Assembly: GCA_003557605.1 (NCBI GenBank)
Contig: PWNW01000184.1
Coordinates: 1 to 32,680, forward strand
DNA from: Spirochaetaceae bacterium
GTDB lineage: Bacteria; Spirochaetota; Spirochaetia; PWKH01
DNA length: 32,680 bases
Direction: 5' to 3'
Numbering within the stretch: the first letter of the stretch is position 1; the number at the start of each line of letters is the position of its first letter. The notes below the pieces were generated by a model. The model was not told where the DNA came from, searched no databases, and saw only the letters and a program-made list of their open reading frames with translations. Of the stretch, positions 29,844-32,680 are shown piece after piece. Made by a program: the position numbers and the translations under genes.

Positions 29844-29916
29844 AGCCCTCGACCGGATTTGAACCGGTGACCCCCACCTTACCATGGTGGTGCTCTGCCG
29901 ACTGAGCTACAAGGGC
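29844..29916 (-). tRNA. tRNA-Thr (anticodon GGU)
   Basis: 73-nt cloverleaf folded by hand. Acceptor GCCCUUG/CGAGGGC (one G-U), D stem GCUC/GAGC, anticodon stem CCACC/GGUGG with loop AUGGUAA, T arm ACCGG-UUCAAAU-CCGGU. The 3' CCA is not encoded. Confidence 0.93.
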
Positions 29917-29931
29917 AAACCGCAGTTTCCC

Positions 29932-29978
29932 ATTATCCGCGTAGCGCTGAAGGTATCAAAGCAGGGTATTTTTGTCAA
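29932..29978 (-). promoter_or_regulatory. Candidate tandem promoters heading the tRNA-Thr/rpmG/secE/nusG array
   Basis: The minus strand has TTGATA-N16-GATAAT (29959-29932), whose -10 ends 15 nt before the tRNA 5' end. Upstream lies TTGACA-N17-TACCTT (29978-29950). Motif matches only. Confidence 0.35.
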
Positions 29979-30097
29979 TAGATTCCTTCATGGGAGCGGA
30001 AAAAAGTTGCTTTGTCCGTAACGGCACTTGCACATATTACTGATATCTGTGATGATATACAAGATACCTAAACCGGTTTACCAGGAGATAATTCCAG

Positions 30098-32614
30098 ATG
30101 AGTGCAATACAACGAAGGTTCGGGCGGGACTGCAGGTCCATTAAATGGGACTTTGCGGAGCACCTCAAATACACCCTAAGCTGTGACAGATACTCAGCCA
30201 CAGACAAGGACCGGTTCATGGCTATTGCCTATGCCGTCAGAGACCGGCTGATCCACCAATGGATCCACACCCAGCAGCTCCACCATGACAGGCAGGTAAA
30301 GAGGATCTACTACCTCTCCCTGGAATTCCTCATGGGCCGCGCAATGACCAATAACGTGAACAACCTGAAGCTTGAAGATGAATTCCGCAGGGCCCTCAGC
30401 GATCTCGGCTATTCATATGAGGAAATCATCGATCATGAGGTGGATGCCGGGCTCGGCAACGGAGGCCTGGGCCGCCTTGCCGCATGCTTTCTTGACTCCA
30501 TGGCAACCATGGACCTGCCTGCCTTCGGGTACGGGATCCGGTACAACTACGGGATATTCCGCCAGCAGATTCTGCAGGGCTACCAGAAGGAAGAACCGGA
30601 TGAATGGCTCCGGTTTGGAAATCCCTGGGAAGTGGAAAGACGGGACATTGAGGTTCCGGTGCAGTTCGGCGGACGGGTGGACAGCACTGTTTCACAGGGA
30701 AGGCGCATGTATACCTGGGATGATACCCAGAACGTCATCGGACTTGCCTATGATACCCCGATCGTCGGATACGGCGGAAAGACCGTGAACACCCTGCGGC
30801 TCTGGAGCTCCAGGGCAGCTTCGGGTTTCAACTTCCAGGACTTCAGCGAGGGAGACTATGTTGAGGCTGTCAGGGCAAAGGTCATGGCAGAAAACCTTTC
30901 CCAGGTGCTATATCCCAATGACAACCTCTATCTAGGCAAGGAGCTTCGCCTCAGGCAGCAGTATTTCTTCGTCGCCTGCTCCCTGGCTGACATCTTCAGG
31001 AGATTCAGGAAATACCAGGTACCATGGGAACAGTTTCCTGATTACGTGGCTCTGCAGCTCAACGACACGCATCCCTCCTTGGCTATACCGGAACTTATGC
31101 GGCTGCTGGTGGACGAGCATCAGATCGACTGGGACACCGCCTGGGACATCACGATAAAAAGCGCCGGCTACACAAACCATACACTGATGCCCGAAGCACT
31201 GGAGAAATGGCCGGTCCCTATGCTTGAGGCTAACCTGCCAAGGCATCTGCAGATAATCTATGAGATAAATCATCGGTTCCTCCAGCGGGCAATTACATTT
31301 TTCCCAGGAGAGATGCAGAAGATCAGCAGCATCAGCATTGTTGAGGAGGGCAGCCCGAAGCAGATCAGGATGGCAAATCTCTCAATCATCGGCACCCATT
31401 CGACCAACGGTGTTGCAGCACTTCATACCCAGCTGCTGAAGACACGCATGTTCCCGGACCTTGCCAGGATGTTCCCTGAGCGGTTTAACAACAAAACCAA
31501 CGGGATTACCCAGAGGAGGTGGCTGCTCAGCGCAAATCCCCCATTAGCCCGCCTGATAACCGAAACTATCGGGGACCAGTGGATCACCGATTTCAGTCAT
31601 CTGAAACAGCTTGCTCCCCTCAGCACCGATGCTGCATTCCAGAAAGCATTCGTAGAAGTAAAGCTCCAGGCAAAGCAGCAGGCATCACAGTATATCTTCA
31701 AGGAATTCGGCTGGAAGGTTGACCCCCAGAGCATCTACGACACCCAGGTAAAGCGGATACACGAATACAAGCGCCAGATGCTCAATGCGCTGCACATTGT
31801 GATGCTCTACAACCGCATGCGTGATTCGGACCCCCAGGATGTGCATCCGATAACCTTCTTCTTCGGCGGGAAGGCCGCTCCCGGCTATACGATTGCCAAG
31901 CTGATTATAAAGTTCATTAATAATATATCGGAAGTGATTAATAATGATTCTGCGATGAAAGGCAGACTGAAGGTGTATTTTCTTCCCAACTACCGGGTCA
32001 CCCTTGCAGAAAAGATCATTCCCGCCACCGATATTTCCGAGCAGATATCTACTGCAGGAACTGAAGCGTCGGGGACTGGAAACATGAAGTTCATGTGCAA
32101 CGGTGCACTTACCCTGGGCACCATGGACGGAGCGAATGTTGAAATTGCTGAGGAGGCAGGAAAAGAGAACGTCTTCATTTTCGGCAGCAGCGCTGAAGAA
32201 ATCCAGGCCCTTTCCCAAACCTACAATCCCTATGATTACTGTCTTGCCGATGAAGAGGTCCGCAGGGCAATTGACCTGATCTTGTCAGGGTATTTCAACT
32301 TTTCCGAACCTGGGATCTTTGAGCCCTTGAGAAAATCCCTCTTTGACGATGGAGACCGCTACATGCATTTCGCTGATATTGCCTCTTACCGCGATGTGCA
32401 TCAGCAGGCCAGGGACCTCTATCGGGATGACCAGACAGAATGGAGAAAGCGGGCAATCCTTAATATTGCATCTTCCTGTAAGTTTTCAACAGACAGAACT
32501 ATTGGACAGTATGCATCTGAAATCTGGGGAGTTGATCCCTGTCCGACTGAAGTGTTCAATTCCGCACAGGCAGCCCTTGATGATGCTGCCGCAGCGGGAA
32601 ACGGAAAATCATAA
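30098..32614 (+). CDS. glgP: Glycogen/maltodextrin phosphorylase (GT35 family)
   Basis: 838 aa. It has an N-terminal LSLEFLMGRAM motif and a pyridoxal-phosphate lysine motif (EQISTAGTEASGTGNMKFMCNGALTLGTMDGANVEI). AGGAG lies 10 nt upstream of the ATG. It is the only plus-strand gene and is divergent from the tRNA-Thr promoter region. Confidence 0.96.
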   Translation: MSAIQRRFGRDCRSIKWDFAEHLKYTLSCDRYSATDKDRFMAIAYAVRDRLIHQWIHTQQLHHDRQVKRIYYLSLEFLMGRAMTNNVNNLKLEDEFRRALSDLGYSYEEIIDHEVDAGLGNGGLGRLAACFLDSMATMDLPAFGYGIRYNYGIFRQQILQGYQKEEPDEWLRFGNPWEVERRDIEVPVQFGGRVDSTVSQGRRMYTWDDTQNVIGLAYDTPIVGYGGKTVNTLRLWSSRAASGFNFQDFSEGDYVEAVRAKVMAENLSQVLYPNDNLYLGKELRLRQQYFFVACSLADIFRRFRKYQVPWEQFPDYVALQLNDTHPSLAIPELMRLLVDEHQIDWDTAWDITIKSAGYTNHTLMPEALEKWPVPMLEANLPRHLQIIYEINHRFLQRAITFFPGEMQKISSISIVEEGSPKQIRMANLSIIGTHSTNGVAALHTQLLKTRMFPDLARMFPERFNNKTNGITQRRWLLSANPPLARLITETIGDQWITDFSHLKQLAPLSTDAAFQKAFVEVKLQAKQQASQYIFKEFGWKVDPQSIYDTQVKRIHEYKRQMLNALHIVMLYNRMRDSDPQDVHPITFFFGGKAAPGYTIAKLIIKFINNISEVINNDSAMKGRLKVYFLPNYRVTLAEKIIPATDISEQISTAGTEASGTGNMKFMCNGALTLGTMDGANVEIAEEAGKENVFIFGSSAEEIQALSQTYNPYDYCLADEEVRRAIDLILSGYFNFSEPGIFEPLRKSLFDDGDRYMHFADIASYRDVHQQARDLYRDDQTEWRKRAILNIASSCKFSTDRTIGQYASEIWGVDPCPTEVFNSAQAALDDAAAAGNGKS

Positions 32615-32680
32615 GTGATGCTAGCTGCCGATTGAATAGATAAACGCGTTGATCATCGGCATCAGCCAGGTGACGACAGG

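Noticed and set aside
29917-30097. Plus-strand promoter for glgP in the divergent intergenic region
   Set aside because: I found only weak matches (for example TTGTCC-N17-TATTAC). None is good enough to report.
30037-30219. 60-aa minus-strand ORF spanning the glgP start
   Set aside because: It overlaps the glgP SD and N-terminus, has no SD of its own, and is Cys/Arg/Leu-rich. It is likely spurious.
31685-32218. 177-aa minus-strand ORF (plus 30426-30695 and 30932-31273 on the minus strand)
   Set aside because: These are antisense to the glycogen phosphorylase gene and are shadow ORFs.
32621-32680. Minus-strand frame open to the right window edge, ending ...PVVTWLMPMINAFIYSIGS with a stop at 32621-32623. 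It may be the 3' end of a convergent membrane-protein gene.
   Set aside because: Only 19 codons are visible and the stop is just 6 nt from the glgP stop. It is too short to support as a feature.
1-32680. Scan for CRISPR repeats, IS or transposon ends, integrases, phage or defence genes, and long direct repeats
   Set aside because: None was seen. Every gap over 60 bp is accounted for above, and all long ORFs are conserved housekeeping genes or their antisense shadows.

Overview
This is an ordinary core-genome window, not an accessory island, and I see no convincing evidence of a novel system. About 30 kb of the minus strand is one co-directional transcription/translation supercluster. Its order is tRNA-Thr(GGU), rpmG, tRNA-Trp(CCA), secE, nusG, rplK-rplA-rplJ-rplL, rpoB, rpoC, rpsL, rpsG, then a 371-bp non-coding spacer with no fusA, then tuf. 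The S10 operon (rpsJ..rpsQ) follows, then the spc operon (rplN..rplO, secY, then rpmJ directly, with no adk/map/infA), then the alpha operon (rpsM-rpsK-rpsD-rpoA-rplQ). The cluster ends at the only canonical intrinsic terminator I can see (2608-2648). A separately promoted RNA-metabolism trio follows: rny, ymdB and a tlyA-like gene cut by the window edge. The only plus-strand gene is a divergent glycogen/maltodextrin phosphorylase (30098-32614). In total there are 44 CDS and 2 tRNAs. Of the CDS, 33 are ribosomal proteins; rpmJ and secE fall below the ORF-track cutoff and were translated by hand. The gene order (fusA-less rpsL-rpsG, tuf directly upstream of rpsJ, secY-rpmJ, rplQ-rny) resembles what I recall for spirochaetes. 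A member of Spirochaetota is therefore my guess, but that is inference, not a search result. I found no CRISPR array, transposase/integrase, phage, toxin-antitoxin or defence-like gene. The only stretch not explained by conserved genes is the rpsG-tuf spacer (17291-17661). It carries a near-consensus sigma70-type promoter, a strand-specific 5' hairpin, a 16-bp perfect palindrome and a doubtful 58-codon plus-strand ORF. The other findings are small regulatory or structural observations of low to moderate interest.
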